This document shows positions 8,635 through 17,060 of a stretch of DNA of 32,000 bases, one piece after another. Below the pieces are notes generated by a model that did not search any database, was not told the origin of the DNA, and saw only the letters and a program-made list of their open reading frames with translations. The stretch spans positions 240,001-272,000 of the forward strand of contig CP065016.1 in the NCBI GenBank assembly GCA_016700375.1, read 5' to 3'. Source of the DNA: Candidatus Saccharimonadota bacterium (lineage in GTDB: Bacteria; Patescibacteriota; Saccharimonadia; Saccharimonadales; UBA4665). How positions within the stretch are numbered: position 1 is the stretch's first letter; each line of letters starts with the position of its first letter. Made by a program: the position numbers and the translations under genes.

Positions 8635-10034
8635 AGCTATACAATACCTCGACTCGACAGGTAGAAGCCGTTAAGCCGCTCGATAGTGCTACGGTGCGAA
8701 TGTATACCTGTGGACTGACAGTCTATAGCCAGCCGCACATCGGGAACTGGCTTGGTTATATTTACTGGGACGTCCTTGTGCGAGCCCTTCGGGCTGAAGG
8801 CTATACCATAGAGCGCACGCAAAACATCACCGACGTTGGTCACTTGACCAGCGACGACGACAACGGTGAAGACAAAATGGAAAAGGGCGCCCGCAGCGAA
8901 GGCATTACTGCCTGGGACGTGGCCGCAAAATATATTGCGGTTGCCAAAAAAGAAGCAGCCCAGTTAGGTCTTATTCAACCCGACTATCTCGTACGCGCAA
9001 CCGACATGATTGCACAGCAAATTGACTTTGCCAAGACTCTCGATGAAAAAGGCTACCTGTACGAAATACCTGGTGACGGTATGTACTTCGACACAAGCAA
9101 ACTCAGTGACTACGGCAAACTAGCCAAATTGGATATTGCTGGCCTTGAAGGAGGCGCGCGGGTTAGTGTAGAGGGTAAACGCAATATAACCGACTTTGCT
9201 GTCTGGAAGTTTTCACCAGACTCCTCGGAAGGCGGTAAGAAACGTGACATGGAGTGGGATAGCCCCTGGGGGGTCGGCTTTCCGGGGTGGCACCTCGAGT
9301 GTTCTGTTATTGCACGAGAAACCCTTGGAGACCAAATTGACATTCACACCGGCGGTATAGACCACATACCCGTTCACCACACAAATGAAATTGCGCAAAC
9401 CGAGGCTGTCACCGGTAAACCTTTTAGCACCTTTTGGGTACATAATAACCATCTGAAAGCAGACGGCCAGAAAATGAGCAAAAGCCTAGGCAACATTTAC
9501 ACGTTGCAAGACATACTAGACAAAGGGCACGACTTAGACGCATTTCGAGTCTTTGCACTTGGGAAGCACTATAGAACAGAGGGCAACTTCACCTGGGATA
9601 ATCTGGAGGCCGCTCAAAACCGTTTGAGTCACTGGCGAGAAGCTATGGCCACTCGTTGGCAAGATTTGGTGCTACCAAAAGCAGATACTGATATCAATGC
9701 TGCTGACTTTGATAGTTCCATCCTCGCTGCACTGTCGAATGACTTAAACACCTCAGAGGCACTAAGAATTGTTGACGATGTCGCTGATAAAGCATTAGCT
9801 GGCGCTGTATGCGGTGCATGCCTAGGCAACATCACAGAATTGGTGCAGGACTATCTGGGAATTATCATCGCGGTGCCAGATATTAGTGAACACCAAAAGC
9901 AACTTATCGCAAACCGAGAACAAGCCCGCGCTGATAAAAACTGGGCGAAGTCAGATGAAATACGAGACATACTAGCAGGCCAAGAAATTGGCCTCCGTGA
10001 TACACCACGGGGGGCTGTCTGGTACTGGCTGTAG
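8631..10034 (+). CDS. cysS: cysteine--tRNA ligase
   Basis: 467 aa from the ATG at 8631 (MKLYNTSTRQ). Class I signatures HIGNWLGY and KMSKS are present. An ATGA overlap links it to the DHH gene stop. The 17-aa extension in the track is rejected. Confidence 0.95.
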   Translation: MKLYNTSTRQVEAVKPLDSATVRMYTCGLTVYSQPHIGNWLGYIYWDVLVRALRAEGYTIERTQNITDVGHLTSDDDNGEDKMEKGARSEGITAWDVAAKYIAVAKKEAAQLGLIQPDYLVRATDMIAQQIDFAKTLDEKGYLYEIPGDGMYFDTSKLSDYGKLAKLDIAGLEGGARVSVEGKRNITDFAVWKFSPDSSEGGKKRDMEWDSPWGVGFPGWHLECSVIARETLGDQIDIHTGGIDHIPVHHTNEIAQTEAVTGKPFSTFWVHNNHLKADGQKMSKSLGNIYTLQDILDKGHDLDAFRVFALGKHYRTEGNFTWDNLEAAQNRLSHWREAMATRWQDLVLPKADTDINAADFDSSILAALSNDLNTSEALRIVDDVADKALAGAVCGACLGNITELVQDYLGIIIAVPDISEHQKQLIANREQARADKNWAKSDEIRDILAGQEIGLRDTPRGAVWYWL

Positions 10035-11156
10035 TTAAATATCGCCGCCGGGGGTCTTTGCATCGTGCACGGTAGCTGGTGTAAGAATATCTCGTCGTTC
10101 GAGGTAGTCCAGGACAAGAATCCGGATGCATCCTGCCACAGGAATGGCTACGAGAGCACCCAGTAGCCCACCAAAATTCGCACCGAGCAGTACCGCAACA
10201 AAAACAAGCAACGGTGACATATTGGTGCTATTTGCCTGGACGCGGGGCTGGACAGCATAATTCTCTATCTGCTGATACAAAATGTAATATGAAAGTACCA
10301 AAATAGCCGAGGCTGGAGAAGTAAAGAGCGCGACGAGCGTACAAATGGCTGCGCCGATTGTGTGACCAACCATTGGTATAAGTCCGCAGATAAACACCAC
10401 TACCATGAGTGCAAGCGGGTAAGAGACATGCGCAAGGAACAGCATGGGCACAATCAGCACCGCCGCAACTGCGGCAAGAATGACCTGTCCATTCACATAA
10501 CCACGGACAACTTTGTTCATGTCTGCGGCCAAACGGTGTGTTCTTTCCCGTCGGTTTACTGGTAGCATTCCTTCAAGAAGTTTGCCCCATTTGGGACCTT
10601 CTATGAGCATCATGACGGTCAAGACAAGAACAGTAAGCGTTGCAAAAACGCTACTGCCAATTTTTGAAACCGCAGTCACGGCAGAACTGCCGACATCATC
10701 AAGACGGGTAGAGAGCTGTGAGGAAAGTTTTTCAACTTGTGAATCGAGATTATATTTTTCGACAAATCCGCCCAGCGCGCCCTCGCCATTGCGCGTTTGG
10801 TCAATAAGCTGAGGCAATTCGCTGAAGAATCCTGCCGTTTGTTTGGCAATAGGCGGGACAACCGCAGCCAAAAACCCAATCAAGGCCAATAGAATTAGCC
10901 CTATGGATAATCCGGTAGCCAGCGTGCGACGATTTTTCTTTTTTGCCGGGAGCTTTTTTGCAAGCCATTGCACCGGACTGTTAAGAGCAAGACTGAGGAA
11001 AAAAGCAACACCAATAAGCGTTAGCGTACCCAAACTTTGCTTCACTGCCATAAACAGTAGAACCGCTAGGACAGTGAGACCTATAACCCTAAGTATGGTG
11101 TGTGTTGATATAGTGACCTCGAAGTCAGAGTTTTCTTTAGGGAATAATCGTGCCAT
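10035..11156 (-). CDS. AI-2E family (PerM/UPF0118) transporter
   Basis: 373 aa with about 8 TM segments. The C-terminal half is typical of the family (GLIPMVGHTIGA...ILYQQIENYAVQPRV). The stop abuts the cysS stop with zero gap. Confidence 0.8.
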   Translation of the reverse strand: MARLFPKENSDFEVTISTHTILRVIGLTVLAVLLFMAVKQSLGTLTLIGVAFFLSLALNSPVQWLAKKLPAKKKNRRTLATGLSIGLILLALIGFLAAVVPPIAKQTAGFFSELPQLIDQTRNGEGALGGFVEKYNLDSQVEKLSSQLSTRLDDVGSSAVTAVSKIGSSVFATLTVLVLTVMMLIEGPKWGKLLEGMLPVNRRERTHRLAADMNKVVRGYVNGQVILAAVAAVLIVPMLFLAHVSYPLALMVVVFICGLIPMVGHTIGAAICTLVALFTSPASAILVLSYYILYQQIENYAVQPRVQANSTNMSPLLVFVAVLLGANFGGLLGALVAIPVAGCIRILVLDYLERRDILTPATVHDAKTPGGDI

Positions 11157-11168
11157 AACAGTATTATG

Positions 11169-12302
11169 TCACGACTGCCCGCGTTTTTGCAAAGCGTGAG
11201 CGTATAATTTTTCGATTTTAGGTCCAATAACATCTATGTCAAACTGCTGTACGTACGTGTGCTGTTTTTTTGCCATTGCCGACCTCCCCGCGTCGTCATT
11301 GAGCCATTGAGCAAGTAGGCGCGCGAAAGCAGTTGTATCCCTAGGGTCAAATAACTGTTTTTTTTCTGCTACAACCGACGCGTACCCCGGGTTATCACCA
11401 GCCAATACGACACCCCGGCTTGCCGCCATCCCCTCAAGCAAACTTATACCAAAGCTTTCACCAGAGGTGCTGGGGAACACTATTATATCTCCACTTGCCA
11501 GCAATACAGCTTTATTCTGCTCATCAACGAAACCAGGGAACGAAATCTTGTCTGAAATATTGTTGTTCTCGGTATACTGTTTCAGTTTGTCCTGTAAAAC
11601 ACCCTTTCCAGCTATAATTACTTCATATGGCGTACTGGTGAGCTTCTTCCGCTCCACCTCGGCAACAGCTTGAACAAGTTCATATGGACCTTTTCGCTCA
11701 ACAAGTCTACCAAGGTACACAATCTTTTTTATAGAGCGCCCCGCAACCTTACCGCGACGGGCCACGGAAAATGCATCGTGATGGAAGGGGTTGGCAACCA
11801 CGGTGCTTGTGAACCCAAAATAGCGCCCGGCAAATACTTGTGTTGGGGGCGATACGGCCATCATGGCATCAAAACGTCGAGCTGTTGTTGTATTTATTTT
11901 CCCAAGAATATTACTACCAAACTGAGCCATGCGACCATATGGCAAGATATGGAAGGTGCCAACAACGGCAACTTTTGGCTGAATAAGTCGAATAAGCCTT
12001 CCCCCTAAAAACGGGCTGTAGGGGACTTGTACGTGGAGGATATCCAGCTCTAGCTGCTCTACCAAGCGTCGGAGCTTACTGTAACCTGCCGGGAGCGGTA
12101 TAGACAGCTGGTTGGCGTTAAAACGAACCTTTATATTTTTGCTCAAGCTATATATATTCTCTAAATCTGTCCGGGACGTTGCGCTCGCTAGGTAGTAAAC
12201 CTGATGACCCCGTTGCCGCATCCATTCACCAACGCATCGGACGTACTGTTGCACGCCATCGGTACTATCGAGCGTATCGTCAAGTACGAAACCAATCTTC
12301 AC
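11169..12302 (-). CDS. GT4-family glycosyltransferase
   Basis: The GT-B C-terminal motif FPSTSGESFGISLLEGMA is present. Start placed at GTG 12302, preceded by GGAG at 12308-12311, giving VKIGFVLDD. This parallels the MKIGLVCPY start of the upstream paralogue. The track ORF extends 70 codons further into the upstream gene. Confidence 0.8.
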   Translation of the reverse strand: MKIGFVLDDTLDSTDGVQQYVRCVGEWMRQRGHQVYYLASATSRTDLENIYSLSKNIKVRFNANQLSIPLPAGYSKLRRLVEQLELDILHVQVPYSPFLGGRLIRLIQPKVAVVGTFHILPYGRMAQFGSNILGKINTTTARRFDAMMAVSPPTQVFAGRYFGFTSTVVANPFHHDAFSVARRGKVAGRSIKKIVYLGRLVERKGPYELVQAVAEVERKKLTSTPYEVIIAGKGVLQDKLKQYTENNNISDKISFPGFVDEQNKAVLLASGDIIVFPSTSGESFGISLLEGMAASRGVVLAGDNPGYASVVAEKKQLFDPRDTTAFARLLAQWLNDDAGRSAMAKKQHTYVQQFDIDVIGPKIEKLYAHALQKRGQS

Positions 12303-13443
12303 GTTTTCTCCTTGGTTTTTCGCTAGCTGCTTTGATAGCGGCTTCATATGCTGAAAGATACATTGCTGCGACTTTATGGTATTCGAACTGCCGGATGTGC
12401 TTCTTGGCCCATTTTTTCCAAAGCTGACGGATGCCTTCGTCTGTAAGCAGGAGCTCCATGCGGTGCGCAAACTCTTTGCTGTCGCGCGGGTCAACAAGCG
12501 ACAACTGGCCAAGGCCTGTCATAACACTCTCGTAACCGGGATTATTACCCGCAACCGTCACCAGACCACTTGCCATTGCCTCAAGGAGTACTATCCCAAA
12601 GCTTTCACCATATATAGCCGGCGAGCAAAATAGGTCAGCGCTGTGGAGTAGCTGTAGCTTGGTGTGGTCATCAATAAAGCCAAGGAACTCAACATTTTGA
12701 AGCTGCAATTCTTCGGCAAGTTCTTGCATTTTTTCTCTGTCAACGCCATCTCCAGCAATAATCAGCCGAGCGTCTGGCTGTCTTTCCTGCAAGATTTGGA
12801 AGGCGCGAAGTAAGTATTTAACACCTTTTCGTTTTTCTATACGTCCTATGTACAGAATAGTTTTTGCTTTTGGGAGGTCCGCAAGATGAGCAGGGCTACG
12901 AAAATGACCGGTGTGAATGCCGTTTGGAATTATTTCTATTGGGTCATCGGTAAGAGTACGCAAATATTCTGCTGCTGCCTCCGAAACGGCAGTAAATGCA
13001 TCGATGTAGCGGATAAGTGGTTTCGTATAGGGGGTAACTACTCGCATGAGCGCCCGACTGGCAATAGTCTCGGGTAGTTTAGCGTGAACCGTCCCCACAT
13101 TTACGCAAGTACTACGACTGAGAATTTGCCGGCTCAGCACTGGAACCCACGGTTCATGAAAATGCAGCACGTCGAACTTTTCATATTCAAGCATGTTGTC
13201 GATTTCATCGGTGAGTACACTCGCACTGACCTGGGTAGTTGTAGCCAACGGTGATTTGAAATCAGTTGCAGTACCCAAGAATATTACTCGGTGGTCGCGA
13301 CTAGCGTAGGGTTCTTTCGGCTGGGGTGTAATAACAACCGCCTCATGGCCCAGTTTCGTAAACTCAAGCTGCAGCGCTTTAACAACTTCCTGAACACCGC
13401 CACCTCTGGTGATATTGTAGGGGCAGACAAGACCAATTTTCAT
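12280..13443 (-). CDS. GT4-family glycosyltransferase
   Basis: 387 aa with MKIGLVCPYNITRGGGVQE... and the C-terminal CSPAIYGESFGIVLLEAMA motif. It overlaps the downstream GT4 gene by 23 nt. Confidence 0.85.
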   Translation of the reverse strand: MKIGLVCPYNITRGGGVQEVVKALQLEFTKLGHEAVVITPQPKEPYASRDHRVIFLGTATDFKSPLATTTQVSASVLTDEIDNMLEYEKFDVLHFHEPWVPVLSRQILSRSTCVNVGTVHAKLPETIASRALMRVVTPYTKPLIRYIDAFTAVSEAAAEYLRTLTDDPIEIIPNGIHTGHFRSPAHLADLPKAKTILYIGRIEKRKGVKYLLRAFQILQERQPDARLIIAGDGVDREKMQELAEELQLQNVEFLGFIDDHTKLQLLHSADLFCSPAIYGESFGIVLLEAMASGLVTVAGNNPGYESVMTGLGQLSLVDPRDSKEFAHRMELLLTDEGIRQLWKKWAKKHIRQFEYHKVAAMYLSAYEAAIKAASEKPRRKREDWFRT

Positions 13444-13464
13444 AACTATAGATTAGTATACCAT

Positions 13465-14412
13465 TTAGGTGTTTGTTTTCTTTGCGCTTGCTTTCAAAGC
13501 AGCTCGAAGCTGTTTAGGAATAAAAGCCGCAGCCTCCTTTTTCGTAGCAACAACACTTGGAGAATGTGTTTTTGCAGCAAGCGGGGCAGGGTAGAAGTCA
13601 GTAAACACAACCCGCATTTGTTGTTCAATAACTTCGTTGTCAAAGTAGTTATCGTGAGGGGTAAACACATGCCATACAGGGAGTTGTATCTGTTCCTCGC
13701 AGTGATTTACCGTCAAAAGCTCTACAGTTGTTTGCATATACGTGCGGACATCGTTCGACTGCCATAGCTTAATTTCCATATCCATCATAGCTTCAAACGC
13801 ATCGGCATGTCCTTTTGCAAGGTTAAACTTATGCTTTGCGTTGTTTGTGCGCGCATAAACCGCGCGAAGAACTTTAGCGGTGAGCGCCGTATGACGAAAT
13901 ACGTAAGGGAACGGCGGAATGGAAACCACCTCAGAGGCGTAGCGATAAAAATTGTAGCGAGCAGGAGAAAACTTAAAATTATCTTTGTGCATAAAACCCA
14001 TAGCACTTACAAGTACTTCTACCTTATTCGCTAGTTCTGGATATCGTTGCAGCATACGCGTCGCAACTAAAAATCCAAACGAAATGCCCACAATACTAAC
14101 CTTTTTTCTTCGATATCGCAGTTTAATAAATGCTGCCATGTAATCGGCGTAGTTATCCAGCGTTGCTTGCTTACCAATCTTATGAAAGCTTTCCATGCCA
14201 CCAAAACCTGGGAGGTCTGGCATAGTCACTGCGCCAAAGTCATTAAAGTTCTGAACTAACCCCCACCACCTTTCGAGTAGTGAATGGTGCCCATAAATTA
14301 CTAAAATCTCACGTTTGTTTTTATTTTTTGCAGGCAAATGAAGCATTCTTCCGCGCATGCCATTTATATGCAGCGGCTCGATATATTCGGCCGGGTTTGT
14401 CTGGTTTTTCAT
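13465..14412 (-). CDS. alpha/beta-fold hydrolase
   Basis: 315 aa. An oxyanion-region YGHH and the nucleophile elbow GISFG (GxSxG) are present. AT-richer than its neighbours in a spot count. Confidence 0.7.
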   Translation of the reverse strand: MKNQTNPAEYIEPLHINGMRGRMLHLPAKNKNKREILVIYGHHSLLERWWGLVQNFNDFGAVTMPDLPGFGGMESFHKIGKQATLDNYADYMAAFIKLRYRRKKVSIVGISFGFLVATRMLQRYPELANKVEVLVSAMGFMHKDNFKFSPARYNFYRYASEVVSIPPFPYVFRHTALTAKVLRAVYARTNNAKHKFNLAKGHADAFEAMMDMEIKLWQSNDVRTYMQTTVELLTVNHCEEQIQLPVWHVFTPHDNYFDNEVIEQQMRVVFTDFYPAPLAAKTHSPSVVATKKEAAAFIPKQLRAALKASAKKTNT

Positions 14413-14602
14413 ACCGTATTACTAGCTACTATACGTCGTAATTATTTCTGGGGCAAGCAAATATAGTGCTATACCCAAACAACATGAGTTTCCGAAATTT
14501 TCAGCCAGAGATTTGCGAGGTAAAACTATGCATACCCGACGAAGCATATCGAGATGTGGTGGGGGGGTAGGCATGGTTTTGGCTGGAAAGAATGGGTGAA
14601 AA

Positions 14603-15451
14603 ATGAAAAGTCATGGTGTTTGGGTATATACTACACGCATTGTGTATAAGAAACTTTTAGTCGTGGCGCTCGTGGTAGGAATAGGGGGTTTTGCGGTTCT
14701 GCAAACGCGCACGGACAAAACGGCCGAGCCTAGGCAAACGAATAGTGCTCTGAGCACAAAGCCAGCACCCAAACAATCGGTGCAAGTTGTACTACCCGGG
14801 GCAAAACCAATTCCCGCACTCGAAGAAAATTATGTGCAACCAGCCAGCCTTTGGGTGGTAGTAAGCAAAGTGCACCCGCTTACAGACGCACAGTACGTAC
14901 CCTCTAACCTTGCAGTTCCGGCAGTCAAAACTCGCACCGACAAATCTACAGCAGAGCAGTCGCTACGCGCCGATATTGAACCAGACGCCGTAGCATTGTT
15001 CAAAGCAGCACAGGCAGCGGGGCACGACGTTATGCTAGCCAGCGGCTACCGTTCGTACGAGCAGCAGCAGGTATATTTCACAAACTATTCTCGGTTATAC
15101 GGTGAAGAAGCTGCCAACAAATTTAGCGCTCGTCCAGGTCAAAGCGAACATCAAACCGGTTTGGCGTTCGATGTGAGCCTAACCTCACGAGCATGCTACC
15201 TAGAAGTTTGTTTTGGGGAAACCGAGGCAGGTAAGTGGTTCGCAGCCCACTCCTACGAATACGGTTTTATTTTGCGCTACCCGGCGGATAAAATCGACAT
15301 TACCCAGTACCAGTATGAACCGTGGCACTTCCGCTATGTTGGCCGCGACCTGGCTCGCGCGCTTCACGAAAGCAACCTCACGCTCGACGAAGCGTACCCG
15401 TACTTGCAGACAGCGCTAGCGGAGCTGAAAAACCGCGGCGAGGTGAAGTAG
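14603..15451 (+). CDS. D-alanyl-D-alanine carboxypeptidase, VanY / peptidase M15B family
   Basis: An N-terminal TM anchor is followed by SGYRSYEQQ, GQSEHQTGLAFD and EPWHFRYVG zinc-peptidase motifs. Confidence 0.88.
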   Translation: MKSHGVWVYTTRIVYKKLLVVALVVGIGGFAVLQTRTDKTAEPRQTNSALSTKPAPKQSVQVVLPGAKPIPALEENYVQPASLWVVVSKVHPLTDAQYVPSNLAVPAVKTRTDKSTAEQSLRADIEPDAVALFKAAQAAGHDVMLASGYRSYEQQQVYFTNYSRLYGEEAANKFSARPGQSEHQTGLAFDVSLTSRACYLEVCFGETEAGKWFAAHSYEYGFILRYPADKIDITQYQYEPWHFRYVGRDLARALHESNLTLDEAYPYLQTALAELKNRGEVK

Positions 15452-15497
15452 TTAGTAGTTAGTAGTTGGTAGTTGGTAGTTAGTAGTTGGTAGTTAG
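15449..15497. repeat. heptamer tandem repeat (TAGTTRG)x7
   Basis: Seven contiguous 7-nt units (TAGTTAG x2, TAGTTGG x2, TAGTTAG, TAGTTGG, TAGTTAG). The array starts on the VanY stop codon and lies between convergent genes. Confidence 0.95.
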
Positions 15498-15517
15498 CTT
15501 ACAGGGCTATTAGATAG

Positions 15518-16717
15518 CTAGGGCGTCACTGTAACCCCTGTGTCGCTACCCAGCGTCGTCTTCACATAGGTTTCTCGCTCGTTAGCACTGTACTGTTGTC
15601 CAAACATATCACTAACAGCGTTGCCGCTTTGACTGAGCGGTCTCAGCTGCAAATTACTGCGCGCGCTAAGACGACCAGCAGCCCTATCACCAGTAGACCA
15701 ATCGTAGCTCATGAACGTTACCTGCGCTGTTGGCCTCTCCACGCGCACACCGCCATCTGGTTGTTTTTTTAAGGTAAAACCAGCAATTACTCCAGTCAGT
15801 TCATTGACTTGCAGCTGCGAAGAAAGCATGTTGCCTATGCTATACCACACCAGCGTTTTACGCCCATCCGCTGCAGTGAGGTATGTGGCTTGTTGTAACA
15901 CATGCGGGCCCGTTCCTATAACTACATCTGCGCCACCATCTGCAAACAGTTGCGCCGCAGCCGTTTGGTCGGCATTCACTGCATTTGAATCTTCTGTCCC
16001 CCAGTGCGCCGATACTACTACCGCATCGGCATTCTCCCGTGCGGCACCAAGCAGCCGTTTCACAAGGTCGGTGTTGTGGTAGATATTTAAGCCATATGTA
16101 GTGTAGTTTTTGTTATTGCTGTAATCTGCAAAGGCTACAAAGGCCACTTTCACCCCATTTTTGGTAAAATAGCGTACTGTCATCTGTTCTTCAGGCGTCC
16201 GATTCGCCCCGGCTACCGCCAGAGGCTTCAGTTTTTCCCACACGGCAATGTCTGCATCTATAGCCGCCTGGCCCTTATCATTGATATGGTTGTTTGCAAG
16301 GTTAATGACGTTGCAGCCAGCGCCTGCCACAAGGTCACGCGCAAACTCGGTCGGCGCGTTGAATGCCGGGTAGCCGCTTATTCCGAATGCTTCACCCGTC
16401 GTCAAACCCTCTGCATTGCAAAACACCGCATCGGCTTCTTTGTAAAGCGGTTTTATGGCGGAAAAGTACGGCGTGAAGTCATAGCTGCCATTTGCAGCCC
16501 GCGCCTGCGCTACCACCGAGTCGTGCGCGAGCATATCGCCCATGGCAGCGAAGGTAACAACACCGCTCGGTTCAATCTTTTTTACGGCCTTACCTGAGTT
16601 TACAGCAGGCTTTACCGCCGGAGCTTGAGTGCGAATGGCAAAATACCAGACCGCCGCACCCACCCCAGCCAGAACCAACCCCAGTGCCACCCCAGCCTTC
16701 CATCCCGGCCTTTTCAT
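15518..16717 (-). CDS. CapA-family protein (poly-gamma-glutamate capsule synthesis / metallophosphatase-like)
   Basis: 399 aa. An N-terminal TM anchor is followed by FAAMGDMLAHD, NLANNH and SAHWGTE motifs typical of the PGA_cap family. Confidence 0.85.
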   Translation of the reverse strand: MKRPGWKAGVALGLVLAGVGAAVWYFAIRTQAPAVKPAVNSGKAVKKIEPSGVVTFAAMGDMLAHDSVVAQARAANGSYDFTPYFSAIKPLYKEADAVFCNAEGLTTGEAFGISGYPAFNAPTEFARDLVAGAGCNVINLANNHINDKGQAAIDADIAVWEKLKPLAVAGANRTPEEQMTVRYFTKNGVKVAFVAFADYSNNKNYTTYGLNIYHNTDLVKRLLGAARENADAVVVSAHWGTEDSNAVNADQTAAAQLFADGGADVVIGTGPHVLQQATYLTAADGRKTLVWYSIGNMLSSQLQVNELTGVIAGFTLKKQPDGGVRVERPTAQVTFMSYDWSTGDRAAGRLSARSNLQLRPLSQSGNAVSDMFGQQYSANERETYVKTTLGSDTGVTVTP

Positions 16718-16750
16718 ATCAGTAGTATAGCGTGAAGCAGCGAGATTTAG

Positions 16751-16756
16751 TATAAT
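16751..16756 (+). promoter_or_regulatory. TATAAT -10 hexamer upstream of the truncated tRNA-Gln copy
   Basis: A perfect TATAAT lies 20 nt upstream of 16777. No convincing -35 was seen. No comparable hexamer precedes the intact tRNA at 16958. Confidence 0.35.
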
Positions 16757-16776
16757 TACTCACGTTTACAGAGCAT

Positions 16777-16827
16777 TGGGGGTTGGCCAAGTGGTAAGGC
16801 ACCAGGTTTTGGTCCTGGCATTCGGGG
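16777..16827 (+). pseudogene. truncated duplicate of tRNA-Gln (nt 1-51 only)
   Basis: 51/51 identity by eye to 16958-17008, covering the acceptor 5' strand, D arm, anticodon arm, variable loop and 4 nt of the T stem. There is no T loop or acceptor 3' strand after it. Confidence 0.85.
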
Positions 16828-16957
16828 TGAAGATTGCCAGCGGCAGTCTGCAAGGTGACCTTTCAGATTTGCAGCTATGCTGCTAGTATGAAAGTCACGG
16901 GCTCGCCGAAGGTGAGTCGAATACATTCGAACCCACGCACATTACAACGTTTATCAA

Positions 16958-17032
16958 TGGGGGTTGGCCAAGTGGTAAGGCACCAGGTTTTGGTCCTGGC
17001 ATTCGGGGGTTCGAATCCCTCACCCCCAGCCA
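16958..17032 (+). tRNA. tRNA-Gln (anticodon UUG), CCA encoded
   Basis: The cloverleaf folds by hand. Acceptor TGGGGGT/ACCCCCA; anticodon stem CCAGG/CCTGG with loop TTTTGGT; T arm GGGGG-TTCGAAT-CCCTC; discriminator G followed by CCA. It closely resembles E. coli tRNA-Gln as I recall it. Confidence 0.92.
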
Positions 17033-17060
17033 AGCATAAACGTAACACACATAGCTTATA

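Noticed and set aside
12303-12512. 70-codon N-terminal extension of the downstream GT4 gene given by the ORF track
   Set aside because: The extension lies wholly inside the upstream GT4 coding region and is Ser/Thr/Lys-rich with no GT4 features. GTG 12302 has a GGAG Shine-Dalgarno and reproduces the N-terminus of the paralogue.
14484-14570. 28-codon ORF (MSFRNFQPEICEVKLCIPDEAYRDVVGG) in the divergent region upstream of the VanY gene
   Set aside because: It is too short, has no Shine-Dalgarno and matches no recognisable family. It could be a leader peptide, but nothing in the sequence supports that.
15449-15497. Heptamer array or the other word repeats as a CRISPR array
   Set aside because: The units are contiguous 7-nt repeats with no spacers, and there are no cas genes in the window.
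16828-16957. The 130-nt segment as an intron of a split tRNA-Gln
   Set aside because: The downstream copy is a complete, foldable tRNA on its own. After the upstream fragment there is no ACCCCCA acceptor 3' strand that would complete a spliced molecule. The breakpoint lies in the T stem, not the anticodon loop.
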